From Flavobacteriales bacterium (GTDB lineage Bacteria > Bacteroidota > Bacteroidia > Flavobacteriales_D > Sanyastnellaceae): a DNA stretch of 64,000 nt. Location: the NCBI GenBank assembly GCA_947488195.1, contig CANKYR010000002.1, positions 5,241-69,240 on the forward strand, read 5' to 3'. The number at the start of each line of letters is the position of its first letter. Within the stretch, counting starts at the first letter, position 1. The position numbers and the translations under genes were made by a program. Below are positions 18,722-27,742 of the stretch, piece by piece. The notes below the pieces were generated by a model. The model was not told where the DNA came from and made no database searches. It saw only the letters and a list, made by a program, of their open reading frames with translations.

Positions 18722-20411
18722 CAAAATTCTTCTTTTTCTCTCTTTCTTTGTTTTCGCTTCATGCGGAAGCAAGAAACCTGCTGTTGTAACCGATGAAAAT
18801 CACGCGAAGTTTCAACAGTATTTTTTTGAAGGAGAAAAAGCGAAGATGGCAGGCAATTTTGAAATTGCAATCAACTACTTCAACACAGCGCTCAAATATG
18901 AGCAGGTGAGTGCTGCACATTATGAAATTTCAAAATTGTCTTCTCAGCTTCCGAAGTTCGAGAAGATGGGTAGAGATCACATTCGAATGGCTGTTGAAAT
19001 GGAACCCACCAATCCCTGGTATTTGAAGGATTTGGCTTATTACGAGGTGTACGGCGGAAATATAAAGGAAGGAATTAAGAACTTCGATTTAGCAGTGAAA
19101 TACAGCGCAAATCCAGTTCCAGTTTTGAATGAATACCTAAATGTCATTGGCAGCTTTGACATGAACCAAGCTTCATTGGTTTTGGCTCAGCTTTCGGCAA
19201 TTCAAGGAGAAGACGAGGACATTGCCCGTAAGCGATTTGAATTATTGAGCTTGCAAGGAAAATTCAAGGAGGCCGGAAAGGTCTTAGAAGATTTCGAAAA
19301 GAAAAACAAAGTTGAAGACTCCTATTATTTCTATCTACTCGAGTTTTATCGTGAAAATAGTTTGAAGGAAGAAGCCTCCAAATGGCTGAAGCACATGAAG
19401 GAAGTTATTCCAAATAACGGGAAACTACTTTTAGAAGAGAGTGGAGAATTGGCGAATGCAGGAAACGACGCAAAGAGTTATGAGTTATTGAAGAAGTCTA
19501 TTGCTTCCGGAGATTTAGGTTGGTATGATGCAATTGATGTGCTCAAGAAATACGAAGAACTTGCAGAGCAAGACGAGAAATTCAAGAAGCCCCTTTGGGA
19601 GATTTTCGATCTTACTTTCAATCAATTTAAATCGGAATACCAATGCCTTGTGCAATTGTCTTTTGTGGCGAATCATCAAGACAATTTTGTTCGTCAAGAA
19701 GAAATGCTAAGGCTTGCAGTAGCTCTTTACAAAAGCGATGTAATGGTTTGGCAGTTTCTGTTGGAAAACCAAAAGCATTTGCGCAAGTGGAATGAATTGG
19801 TGAAAGTTGGAAATGAAGCGTTGGAACTTTTTCCAACAGATGCTGAAATCTACTACTTCACTGGTCTTGGCTATTTGAAGCTTCAGGACTATTCGAAGTC
19901 TTTGGAATTGTTAATCACAGGAAGGGATTTGGTCATTGAAGATCATGAACTTCTTTCGCAATTTTATTCTTCTTTAGGAAGTGTTTATTTCAAAACAAAT
20001 AATTGGACCGAATGTGAAAATTCATTTGAACAGGCGCTCATCCAAAATCCAGACAATGCGACCGCATTGAATAACTATGCATATTACCTCGGACTTAAAA
20101 AAGTTCAACTCGATAAGGCGCTGGGCATAGTGCAATATGCTGTTTCAATGCAGCCGAACAACGCCATTTATTTAGATACATTCGGTTTTATTTTATTTCA
20201 AAAGAAGCAGTACCAGGCGGCAATTACACAGTTGGAAATTGCAGTTAAGTTGAATGCTGCCGATTCAGAAATATGGGAGCACCTAGGCGACTCATATTTC
20301 ATGTTGGGAAATGAAGCCAAGGCCATGGAATGTTGGAACAAAGGACTTTCACTGAATCCAACTCACGCGAAGTTGAAGGAAAAAATTAATCAAAAGAAAT
20401 TCATTGAATAA
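18714..20411 (+). CDS. TPR-repeat lipoprotein
   Basis: 565 aa from ATG 18714 (MTNKILLFLSFFVFASC lipobox), which overlaps the upstream stop. Multiple TPR-like helical repeats run through the C-terminus (for example AMECWNKGLSLNP). Confidence 0.8.
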   Translation: MTNKILLFLSFFVFASCGSKKPAVVTDENHAKFQQYFFEGEKAKMAGNFEIAINYFNTALKYEQVSAAHYEISKLSSQLPKFEKMGRDHIRMAVEMEPTNPWYLKDLAYYEVYGGNIKEGIKNFDLAVKYSANPVPVLNEYLNVIGSFDMNQASLVLAQLSAIQGEDEDIARKRFELLSLQGKFKEAGKVLEDFEKKNKVEDSYYFYLLEFYRENSLKEEASKWLKHMKEVIPNNGKLLLEESGELANAGNDAKSYELLKKSIASGDLGWYDAIDVLKKYEELAEQDEKFKKPLWEIFDLTFNQFKSEYQCLVQLSFVANHQDNFVRQEEMLRLAVALYKSDVMVWQFLLENQKHLRKWNELVKVGNEALELFPTDAEIYYFTGLGYLKLQDYSKSLELLITGRDLVIEDHELLSQFYSSLGSVYFKTNNWTECENSFEQALIQNPDNATALNNYAYYLGLKKVQLDKALGIVQYAVSMQPNNAIYLDTFGFILFQKKQYQAAITQLEIAVKLNAADSEIWEHLGDSYFMLGNEAKAMECWNKGLSLNPTHAKLKEKINQKKFIE

Positions 20412-21273
20412 GTATACCGTCATTCTCTTTATACCGTTTCTTTTTGCTTGCAAGACTAAAGAAGTTGTTGTGACGCAAGAACCTTTGAAGGAAAGATCTC
20501 AGGCATTTTTAACCCGTCATATCGATAAGAATAAATTTGAATTTGACTGGCTAGGTATGAAGCTCGATGCAGAGTTTACAAGCGGAGAAGAGCAGCAAGG
20601 ATTTAAAGCAACCGTTCGCATGCGCAAGGATAGCGCAGTTTCTGTGAGTATTAGCCCGGCTTTAGGGATTGAGGTGTTGCGCATGTTGGTTGACAAGGAC
20701 AGTTTGAAGATGGTATCTGAAATTCCAGGTGATAAGTATGTTTTCTTAGGCTCTGTTGATCAGCTCTCTGAATTGGCGAAAATAGATTTAGACGTTTCCA
20801 CCATGCAGGATTTGTTAATTGGAAATCCAATTGGATTGAGCCGCGAAGAGGGGCGCATGAAAAGTGGAATTGAAAAACTCGATGTTGAATATTACACCTT
20901 GATTTCGCGAATGTCTCGCCGAGTTCGCCGAGCGACTGAAGTTCAAGATTCTTCTTCAACAATAGAAGGAAGAAGAATTCCAAAGCGCTTGGAAGACAAC
21001 GATTGGATTTCATCTAAGTTTTGGATTGAATCGAATTTTTACAAAATTACAAAATGCGAATTGACCGATGTTCGCACCAGGCGAATGGTTCAGATTAATT
21101 ATTCTGAATTTGATGAAGAAGATCCTTCGCACTATCCGCGAAAGTGTAACATTCAAATCGATGATGTAAAGGGAAAGACTTCGCTTGATTTCAAGATTAT
21201 TCGAATAAATACACAGAATCACTACGATTTCTCGTTCGACTACGACAAGGACTATCCAATCAAAAGGAAATAG
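20404..21273 (+). CDS. DUF4292-type (LolB-like fold) outer-membrane lipoprotein
   Basis: 289 aa. Apparent TTG start. N-terminus NKYTVILFIPFLFAC with a lipobox. The family call is from overall sequence resemblance and from the TPR/DUF4292/EnvC-like neighbourhood that I recall in Flavobacteriia. Confidence 0.6.
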   Translation: MNKYTVILFIPFLFACKTKEVVVTQEPLKERSQAFLTRHIDKNKFEFDWLGMKLDAEFTSGEEQQGFKATVRMRKDSAVSVSISPALGIEVLRMLVDKDSLKMVSEIPGDKYVFLGSVDQLSELAKIDLDVSTMQDLLIGNPIGLSREEGRMKSGIEKLDVEYYTLISRMSRRVRRATEVQDSSSTIEGRRIPKRLEDNDWISSKFWIESNFYKITKCELTDVRTRRMVQINYSEFDEEDPSHYPRKCNIQIDDVKGKTSLDFKIIRINTQNHYDFSFDYDKDYPIKRK

Positions 21274-21275
21274 GA

Positions 21276-22670
21276 ATGAAAGGACTGAATAAATCACATG
21301 TTTCGCATGCACTCCTGGTGCTGGTTCTCGTTTGTTCAGGAATGACTTTTCAATGGGTGTTCGCCCAGACAAAAAAGGCTGAGTTGACTTCAAGAAGAAG
21401 CGAGCTCAACGACGAAATAGCGCGAACTAAACAGCTTATTAAAGAATACCAAGCCGATCAACGTAATGCTTCTGCGGAATTATCACTCTTGAATGAACAA
21501 ATTCGTTTGCGCGAAGAGCTCATTCACTCCATCAATGCTGAAGTGGGAACAATAGACAACGAGATTAAAACGGGTTTAGGAAGAGTGGTTGAATTGGAAG
21601 CGAGTATTCAAGATTTGAAGTTGGAATACGCGAAAATGATTTACAACAGCTACAAACAACGTTCTTCATATTCCAAGCTAGCTTTCATTCTCTCTTCAGC
21701 CGATTTCTTTCAAGCCGTAAAGCGTGTCCAACTTTTGAAACAATACGCTGAGAATAGAAAATTCCATGCCCAACAAATGAAAGATGGCCAACTAGAAATA
21801 TCTGAGAATATTTCTATGTTGGAAGGAAACAAGCGAACCAAGTTGTCTCTTTCGAATGATGAGTTAAGTGAACGAAATGAGATCGCGCAGAATAAACTTC
21901 AACAGCAAGAAAAATTAACAGCTCTTAAATCTGAAGAAGGAAAATTGCGTGAAGTTCAACGCCAAAAAGAAATTGAAAGAAGACAGTTAACGAATAAAAT
22001 TGAAGATATAGTTCGTCAGGAAATTGCCGCAGAGAACGAACGTATTCGCAAGCAAGAGGCCGAGAAGGCGCGATTGGCCGAAGAGAAGAGAAAGGAAGAT
22101 CAGCGCAGAGCAGCGGCTAATGCCACAGCGTCGAACAATGCCTCTGCAAACGCTTCAGGAACTTCTGCATCAGTTGTTGTGACTCCTCCTAAAACAATCG
22201 ATAAGGCATCGCCGAAATTGGAGAGTGCTCCTGAAGTTGTTTTAGCAAATACAGTCTTCGAGCAAAACAAAGGAAGCTTGCCTTGGCCCGTGCCTTCAGG
22301 TGCTATTGGTTCTAAGTTCGGAAGACATGCACACGAGTCGATTTCGGGTATTGAAGTGAACAACAAAGGAGTTGATTTTATTACTTCAGCGAACGCTGAT
22401 ATCTACACGGTCTTTAATGGCACTGTAACTAGTGTGTTCAACATTCAAGGGGCAGGCATGAATGTGATTGTTACGCATGGTGCATACAAGACGGTGTATA
22501 GCGGATTACAAAACGTCTACGTTTCGGTAGGTTCTAAAGTGAACACAAAAGATAAAATAGGAAATGTAGCAGACAACGGTGAAGGGTATGTGCTTCACTT
22601 TGAATTGGGAAAAGTTTCCGAAGCCGGTTGGGTTCCGCAAAATCCAGAACTTTGGCTAAAGCGACGTTAA
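21276..22670 (+). CDS. EnvC-like murein hydrolase activator (coiled coil plus degenerate LytM/M23 domain)
   Basis: 464 aa. Signal peptide, a long coiled coil, an Ala/Ser/Asn-rich linker and a C-terminal M23 fold. The HxxxD metal site reads NKGVD (the His is lost), although LHFEL is retained. Confidence 0.8.
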   Translation: MKGLNKSHVSHALLVLVLVCSGMTFQWVFAQTKKAELTSRRSELNDEIARTKQLIKEYQADQRNASAELSLLNEQIRLREELIHSINAEVGTIDNEIKTGLGRVVELEASIQDLKLEYAKMIYNSYKQRSSYSKLAFILSSADFFQAVKRVQLLKQYAENRKFHAQQMKDGQLEISENISMLEGNKRTKLSLSNDELSERNEIAQNKLQQQEKLTALKSEEGKLREVQRQKEIERRQLTNKIEDIVRQEIAAENERIRKQEAEKARLAEEKRKEDQRRAAANATASNNASANASGTSASVVVTPPKTIDKASPKLESAPEVVLANTVFEQNKGSLPWPVPSGAIGSKFGRHAHESISGIEVNNKGVDFITSANADIYTVFNGTVTSVFNIQGAGMNVIVTHGAYKTVYSGLQNVYVSVGSKVNTKDKIGNVADNGEGYVLHFELGKVSEAGWVPQNPELWLKRR

Positions 22671-22673
22671 GAA

Positions 22674-23201
22674 TTAAACGAACTTAGGATCCGTTTCCAT
22701 CATGTGTCCACATGATTTGCACGTTCTCATTTCTTCGCTTCCGTAAAATTCTTTGAAACGAGGAAGGAAATCTTTTTCAATGTTTTCAAGAACGAAATAC
22801 GTGTCGTGAAGGGGCTCATTACATTTTTCACAGAACCATAAAAGTCCATCTTTTAATTCACGTTCTGCGCGTTTCACTTCAATTACAATTCCAACAGTAC
22901 CTTCTCCTCTTCGCGGTTGATGTGGAGTTCTTGGCGGAAGCAAAAACATTTCGCCTTCTTTCACTTCAATATCTACAGCTTTTCCATCTTCTTGAACGCC
23001 TATCATAACGCTGCCTTCGATTTGAAAAAACCATTCTTCGGTTTCGTTGAAATGGTAATCTTTGCGTGCGTTTGGACCGCCAACAATCATGATCACGTAG
23101 TCTTCCGATTCAACATATAAATTTTTATTTCCGACAGGTGGTTGAAGCAAATGTCTGTTTTCTTCAATCCATTTTTTTAAGTTGAAAGGTCTGCGGATCA
23201 T
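22674..23201 (-). CDS. nbaC: 3-hydroxyanthranilate 3,4-dioxygenase
   Basis: 175 aa. Cupin motifs DYHFNETEEWFFQIEG and PPRTPHQPRR. C-terminal rubredoxin-like CEKC...CKSC. Confidence 0.9.
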   Translation of the reverse strand: MIRRPFNLKKWIEENRHLLQPPVGNKNLYVESEDYVIMIVGGPNARKDYHFNETEEWFFQIEGSVMIGVQEDGKAVDIEVKEGEMFLLPPRTPHQPRRGEGTVGIVIEVKRAERELKDGLLWFCEKCNEPLHDTYFVLENIEKDFLPRFKEFYGSEEMRTCKSCGHMMETDPKFV

Positions 23202-23932
23202 AGGGCGTTCAATTTTTGTATTTCGAAAAGTATTTCAGGATTCTGTTCTATTGCGGTTCCCATGACAACAACATCGGCGCCGGCTTGCCAGGCAGCATGG
23301 GCTTGCTGCTCATTCACAATTCCACCACCAACAATTAAAGGAAGCTGTGTGGTCTTTTTTACGGCATAAATTAATTCTTGCGAAACAGGAAAATCAGCAC
23401 CGCTTCCAGTGTCTAAATAAAAACATCTGAGTCCTAAGTATTTTCCCGCAAGCGCAGTTGCTGCGGCCACTTCAGGTTTGTCGTTCGGAAGTGGAACGGT
23501 CTGACTGATGTAAATAGCCGTAGTTGTATTTCCTCCATTGACCAACATGTATCCGGTTGGAATGACTTCCTGTTTCCATTCATGCAAATAGGGAGCAGAA
23601 ACAACTTGATGACCAATGAGGAATTCCGCATTTCTTCCAGATATCAACGAAAGAAAAAGTGTAGCGTCTACGTGTTTCGTTAATTGTAAAGGATGACCTG
23701 GAAAAAGTACAAGAGGTAAGGGGCATGTAGCGCGCAAATGTTCTACACGCTCGTTGAAATCTGACGCAGCATTCAAGCTTCCGCCCACCAATAAAAAATC
23801 TACGCCCGCTGCTTTGTACAGTTCACCTTGCTGCTTCGCGTTTTCACTGTTCCATTTATCTGGATCAATGAGAACGGCCAATTGTTTTTTCTTCGAATGA
23901 AGCAACAATTCTATTTTTCCGGCAGGGGTCAT
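23198..23932 (-). CDS. pcrB: PcrB / geranylgeranylglyceryl-phosphate synthase family prenyltransferase
   Basis: 244 aa TIM-barrel family signature: LIDPDK, LLVGGS, VLFPG, FLSLISGRN, YLDTGSGA, LIVGGGI. The stop region overlaps the HAAO start by 4 nt. Confidence 0.85.
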   Translation of the reverse strand: MTPAGKIELLLHSKKKQLAVLIDPDKWNSENAKQQGELYKAAGVDFLLVGGSLNAASDFNERVEHLRATCPLPLVLFPGHPLQLTKHVDATLFLSLISGRNAEFLIGHQVVSAPYLHEWKQEVIPTGYMLVNGGNTTTAIYISQTVPLPNDKPEVAAATALAGKYLGLRCFYLDTGSGADFPVSQELIYAVKKTTQLPLIVGGGIVNEQQAHAAWQAGADVVVMGTAIEQNPEILFEIQKLNAL

Positions 23933-23961
23933 GTTTCAAAAATACGAAAGATGAGGGTGCA

Positions 23962-26181
23962 TTAAGCAAATTCACTTTCAATACGATCAACCGTTAGCAC
24001 GCCATCGACATCTTTGAGGTTTTTTATCAAATGATTCAGATGCTCTGTATCGTTCACCAAGACTACCATCTTTCCTTCGAATATACCGTCGCGTGCTTCA
24101 AATGAAATGGCACGCATGTTCACGTTCATGTCTGTTGAAATGATATTGGTTATTTTTTGAACGAGTCCCACGTCGTCTGTTCCAGAAAACTTCAATCCCA
24201 CTTCGAACTGAACCAAATCGTTGCTGCTCCATTTTGCTTTAATCACGCGGTAAGCGTATTTGCTCATGAGCTCTTGCGCATTCGGACAGTTCGTTCGGTG
24301 AATTTTAATTCCTTCTGACACTGTAATAAAACCGAATACTTCATCGCCTGGAATTGGGCTGCAACAGACAGATAAACTGAAATCCACTGTTTGCTTGTCA
24401 TCGCCAATCAATACCGTATCGCCGGTAGACGTTGCTGTTGTAACAAGTTGAGGAGTCTCCTCATGCTTTTCCGGGTGGGCGTGTCTTTCGAATCGAATAC
24501 GATCACCTTCAACAGTATTCGGTTTCAGCTTTTTTAGTTCAATTCTACCTTTCGCAATTTTGTAATAGAAATCAATGGCTGTAATGCACTGATAGGCTCG
24601 AACGAATTCATCGATGTTCTTGCTTCCCCATGTAATTTTGAGCGAATTGAATCTGCGCTTCAACATTTCTTTTCCCTCTTCGGAAATTTGTTTCTTCTCT
24701 TCTTTGAGCGCGGTCTTTATTTTTTGTCTGGCCGAAGCGGTGATCACAATGTTCAGCCAATCCTCTTTCGGATGTTGTTTTTTAGAAGTTAGAATTTCAA
24801 CTTGGTCACCGCTGCTAAGCTTGTAACTCAGTGGTTCAAGTTTGTGGTTAACCTTCGCACCAATGCACTGGTGGCCTATCTGCGAGTGAATGAGAAAGGC
24901 GAAGTCGAGGGTGGTTGATCCTACAGGAAGCGTTTTCAAATCGCCGCTTGGCGTGAAGACATAAATCTCTTCGCTGAAAAGTGAAAGCTTGAAGTTGTCT
25001 ATGAATTCAATGGCATTGTCGCTCGGCGCTTCCAACACATCTCTGATTTGTCCGAGCCATTTGTCGAGCTTGCTTTCCGGGCTTTCAACGGCGTCTTTGT
25101 ATTTCCAATGTGCGGCGTAGCCTTTTTCGGAAATGTCATCCATGCGCTCACTGCGAATCTGAACTTCCACCCATTTCCCAGTTGGTGACATGACGGTTGT
25201 GTGAAGCGATTCGTATCCGCTGCTTTTCGGAATGCTTATCCAATCGCGCAGTCGTTCTGGACTTGGCTGATAGAAATCTGTAACAACAGAGTACACACGC
25301 CAGCAGTCTGTTTTCTCCATTTCTGGAGGAGTCTTTAAAATAATTCGAATGGCGAAGAGGTCATAGATCTCTTCGAACGGAACTCCTTTCGTGTGAATCT
25401 TATTGTAGATGCTGAAGATGCTTTTTGTTCGGCTTTTGATTTCGTAAATCAATCCTTGTTCATCGAGCGCTCTGCGAATGGGTAGTGTGAATTGATTGAT
25501 GAATCGCGTTCGAACGGCTTGTGTCTTTTGAAGTTTTGTTACAATCTCGTCGTAGGCCTCGGGATCGGTAAACTTCAAACTCAAATCTTCAAGCTCTGTT
25601 TTAATGTTGTACAATCCCAAGCGGTGGGCAAGGGGTGCGTACATGAAAAGCGTTTCGCTTGCAATTTTCAATTGCTTGTCTCTGCGCATGTGATCGAGCG
25701 TGCGCATGTTGTGCAGACGGTCGGCGAGTTTGATGAGGATTACGCGCACGTCGTCTGACAGCGTCAGAAGCATCTTGCGAAAGTTCTCGGCCTGATCGCT
25801 TGAACTAAGATCTGCAACACCAGAAATCTTCGTCAGGCCGTCGATAATAACGCGTTCTTTTTTTCCGAACTGGCGTTGGATATCATCGAGCGTTATTTCG
25901 CTGTCTTCGACAGTATCGTGAAGCAATGCGCAAACGATGCTCATGGTGTCGAGACCCAATTCTTCCGCGGCGATTTTCGCCACGGCAATCGGATGGTAGA
26001 TGTAGGGTTCCCCGCTCTTGCGACGCATGTCTTTGTGCGCATCTACGGAAAGCTCGAAGGCTTTCCTTATCCGCGCACGATCGGCACGAGTTTTCGAGCG
26101 GTAACAAACGCGTAAGAGTGCGCGGTATCTGCGAAGTATCTCGCGATTTTCTTCTTCTAAATCAATTTCTATTTTCGACAT
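23962..26181 (-). CDS. relA: Bifunctional (p)ppGpp synthetase/hydrolase (RelA/SpoT homolog)
   Basis: 739 aa. HD hydrolase motif LLHDTVEDS, synthetase domain (YESLHTTV), and TGS and ACT C-terminal domains. Confidence 0.95.
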   Translation of the reverse strand: MSKIEIDLEEENREILRRYRALLRVCYRSKTRADRARIRKAFELSVDAHKDMRRKSGEPYIYHPIAVAKIAAEELGLDTMSIVCALLHDTVEDSEITLDDIQRQFGKKERVIIDGLTKISGVADLSSSDQAENFRKMLLTLSDDVRVILIKLADRLHNMRTLDHMRRDKQLKIASETLFMYAPLAHRLGLYNIKTELEDLSLKFTDPEAYDEIVTKLQKTQAVRTRFINQFTLPIRRALDEQGLIYEIKSRTKSIFSIYNKIHTKGVPFEEIYDLFAIRIILKTPPEMEKTDCWRVYSVVTDFYQPSPERLRDWISIPKSSGYESLHTTVMSPTGKWVEVQIRSERMDDISEKGYAAHWKYKDAVESPESKLDKWLGQIRDVLEAPSDNAIEFIDNFKLSLFSEEIYVFTPSGDLKTLPVGSTTLDFAFLIHSQIGHQCIGAKVNHKLEPLSYKLSSGDQVEILTSKKQHPKEDWLNIVITASARQKIKTALKEEKKQISEEGKEMLKRRFNSLKITWGSKNIDEFVRAYQCITAIDFYYKIAKGRIELKKLKPNTVEGDRIRFERHAHPEKHEETPQLVTTATSTGDTVLIGDDKQTVDFSLSVCCSPIPGDEVFGFITVSEGIKIHRTNCPNAQELMSKYAYRVIKAKWSSNDLVQFEVGLKFSGTDDVGLVQKITNIISTDMNVNMRAISFEARDGIFEGKMVVLVNDTEHLNHLIKNLKDVDGVLTVDRIESEFA

Positions 26182-26278
26182 AACTACACAAATTAAAGGC
26201 TATTCTTTCAACATAAAATTGTGAAACTTATTAGCTATTAACAATGCATGTTTTGAAAGACTGTTCTATCTTCCCCTC

Positions 26279-27691
26279 GTGAAAAAAATCATTGCTATAC
26301 TCTCGCTTTTAACGGCATGTAACGTTGTGTTTTCGCAGGACTCCTTGTTCAATGAGTTGCGCTATGCTACTTTATTAAAAGTTGAAACCGACACCGTGAT
26401 TTCAAAATTGAATTTTGAATTTGCCGCCGGGCTCGATCGCTCGCGCGAAATTTCAAATCTTGGCTATTCAGCATTCATCAACTACACGAACGTTTTTGAA
26501 AAAGGAAAGAATAAACTTTCGCTGAACATAACCGGCGCAGTGTTTCACCTTCCTGAATTCAACAAGCGCTATCTAGATTCTTTGGGCACCCTTCCGAATT
26601 ACGGAAGAGTGATGACGCAAGATTCTGGTGCCACTGCTTTTGCCGCAATTCCTGAGGTAGTCTATTCCAGAAAACTGAATAATCATTTCACTTGGTCAGC
26701 TGGAAATTCACGACAGAACTTGGGATACGGATACCGCTCACTCATTCTTTCGAGCAGCGCAAGTGCTCTTCCATTTATGAAATTGGAAACGAAAATTGGG
26801 AAGAAAATTACGTTCACCAATCTTTGGTCGAGAACCCATAGCTACCAGCGTATGGAGGATCATTTCGATTTAAATCCAAAGTACATCGCGGTTCACACCT
26901 TAGAGTGGAAGATTAATAAGAAGTGGTCGGTGTCTGCCCATGAAATGGTGGTTTGGCAGGCACGAGATTCAGCTAGTCAAAGAGAGTTGGATCTCCATTA
27001 TTTGAATCCGTTTTTGTTCTATCGTCCTGCCGAGTTCTCGCAAGGCTCTGCCGATAACGTTTTATTAGGCGGTTCATGGAAGTATGCCCACAGCGATGCG
27101 TTTGGGATCTACGGACAAGTTATTCTCGATGAATTTTTAGTGAGTGAAATTCGAAACAGAAACGGATGGTGGGGAAATAAATTCGGAATGCAATTCGGTA
27201 TGTATGTCACTCCGAAAAAAGTTAGCGGACTTTCTTTATTTACCGAATGGTCCTTTGTTCGTCCTTTCACCTATACCCACGGAAGCGACGTTCAGGCATG
27301 GGAGCACATGGGACAGCCGCTTGCTCATCCGCTCGGTGCAAATTTCTACGAATGGTACACTTCGGCAAAATACAGTCGTGATAAATGGAACTATTCAGCA
27401 AGTATCGTTTGGGCTGCCTTCGGAAGAGATACAAATCGCAATGTCGGAGGCAATATTTTTCAGTCGTATGTGAACCCATGGAGTGTATACGGAAACAACA
27501 TTCTTCAAGGTAACAGAAGCACGTTGTTTGTTGTCAATGCTGAAGCTGCATTTCAAATGACTCCTGCACTGCAGGTTTTTGGATTTGCTCGCTATCGCTC
27601 GGAAGACAGACGCATAGACCCGTTCAAAGAAGCATGGCTTATGGTCGGAATTCGCAAGGGATTGAGTTCTGTCAGACGATGGGATTATTAA
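26279..27691 (+). CDS. Predicted outer-membrane beta-barrel protein of unknown function (possibly capsule-assembly Wzi-like; unverified)
   Basis: 470 aa. GTG start, signal peptide MKKIIAILSLLTACNVVFSQ, an alternating aromatic/small-residue pattern and a C-terminal aromatic residue (..RRWDY). Confidence 0.45.
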   Translation: MKKIIAILSLLTACNVVFSQDSLFNELRYATLLKVETDTVISKLNFEFAAGLDRSREISNLGYSAFINYTNVFEKGKNKLSLNITGAVFHLPEFNKRYLDSLGTLPNYGRVMTQDSGATAFAAIPEVVYSRKLNNHFTWSAGNSRQNLGYGYRSLILSSSASALPFMKLETKIGKKITFTNLWSRTHSYQRMEDHFDLNPKYIAVHTLEWKINKKWSVSAHEMVVWQARDSASQRELDLHYLNPFLFYRPAEFSQGSADNVLLGGSWKYAHSDAFGIYGQVILDEFLVSEIRNRNGWWGNKFGMQFGMYVTPKKVSGLSLFTEWSFVRPFTYTHGSDVQAWEHMGQPLAHPLGANFYEWYTSAKYSRDKWNYSASIVWAAFGRDTNRNVGGNIFQSYVNPWSVYGNNILQGNRSTLFVVNAEAAFQMTPALQVFGFARYRSEDRRIDPFKEAWLMVGIRKGLSSVRRWDY

Positions 27692-27742
27692 TGATTGAAG
27701 GATAATAAAGCAGTACTTTTGCAAAAATTGAGTGAAGCGGAA

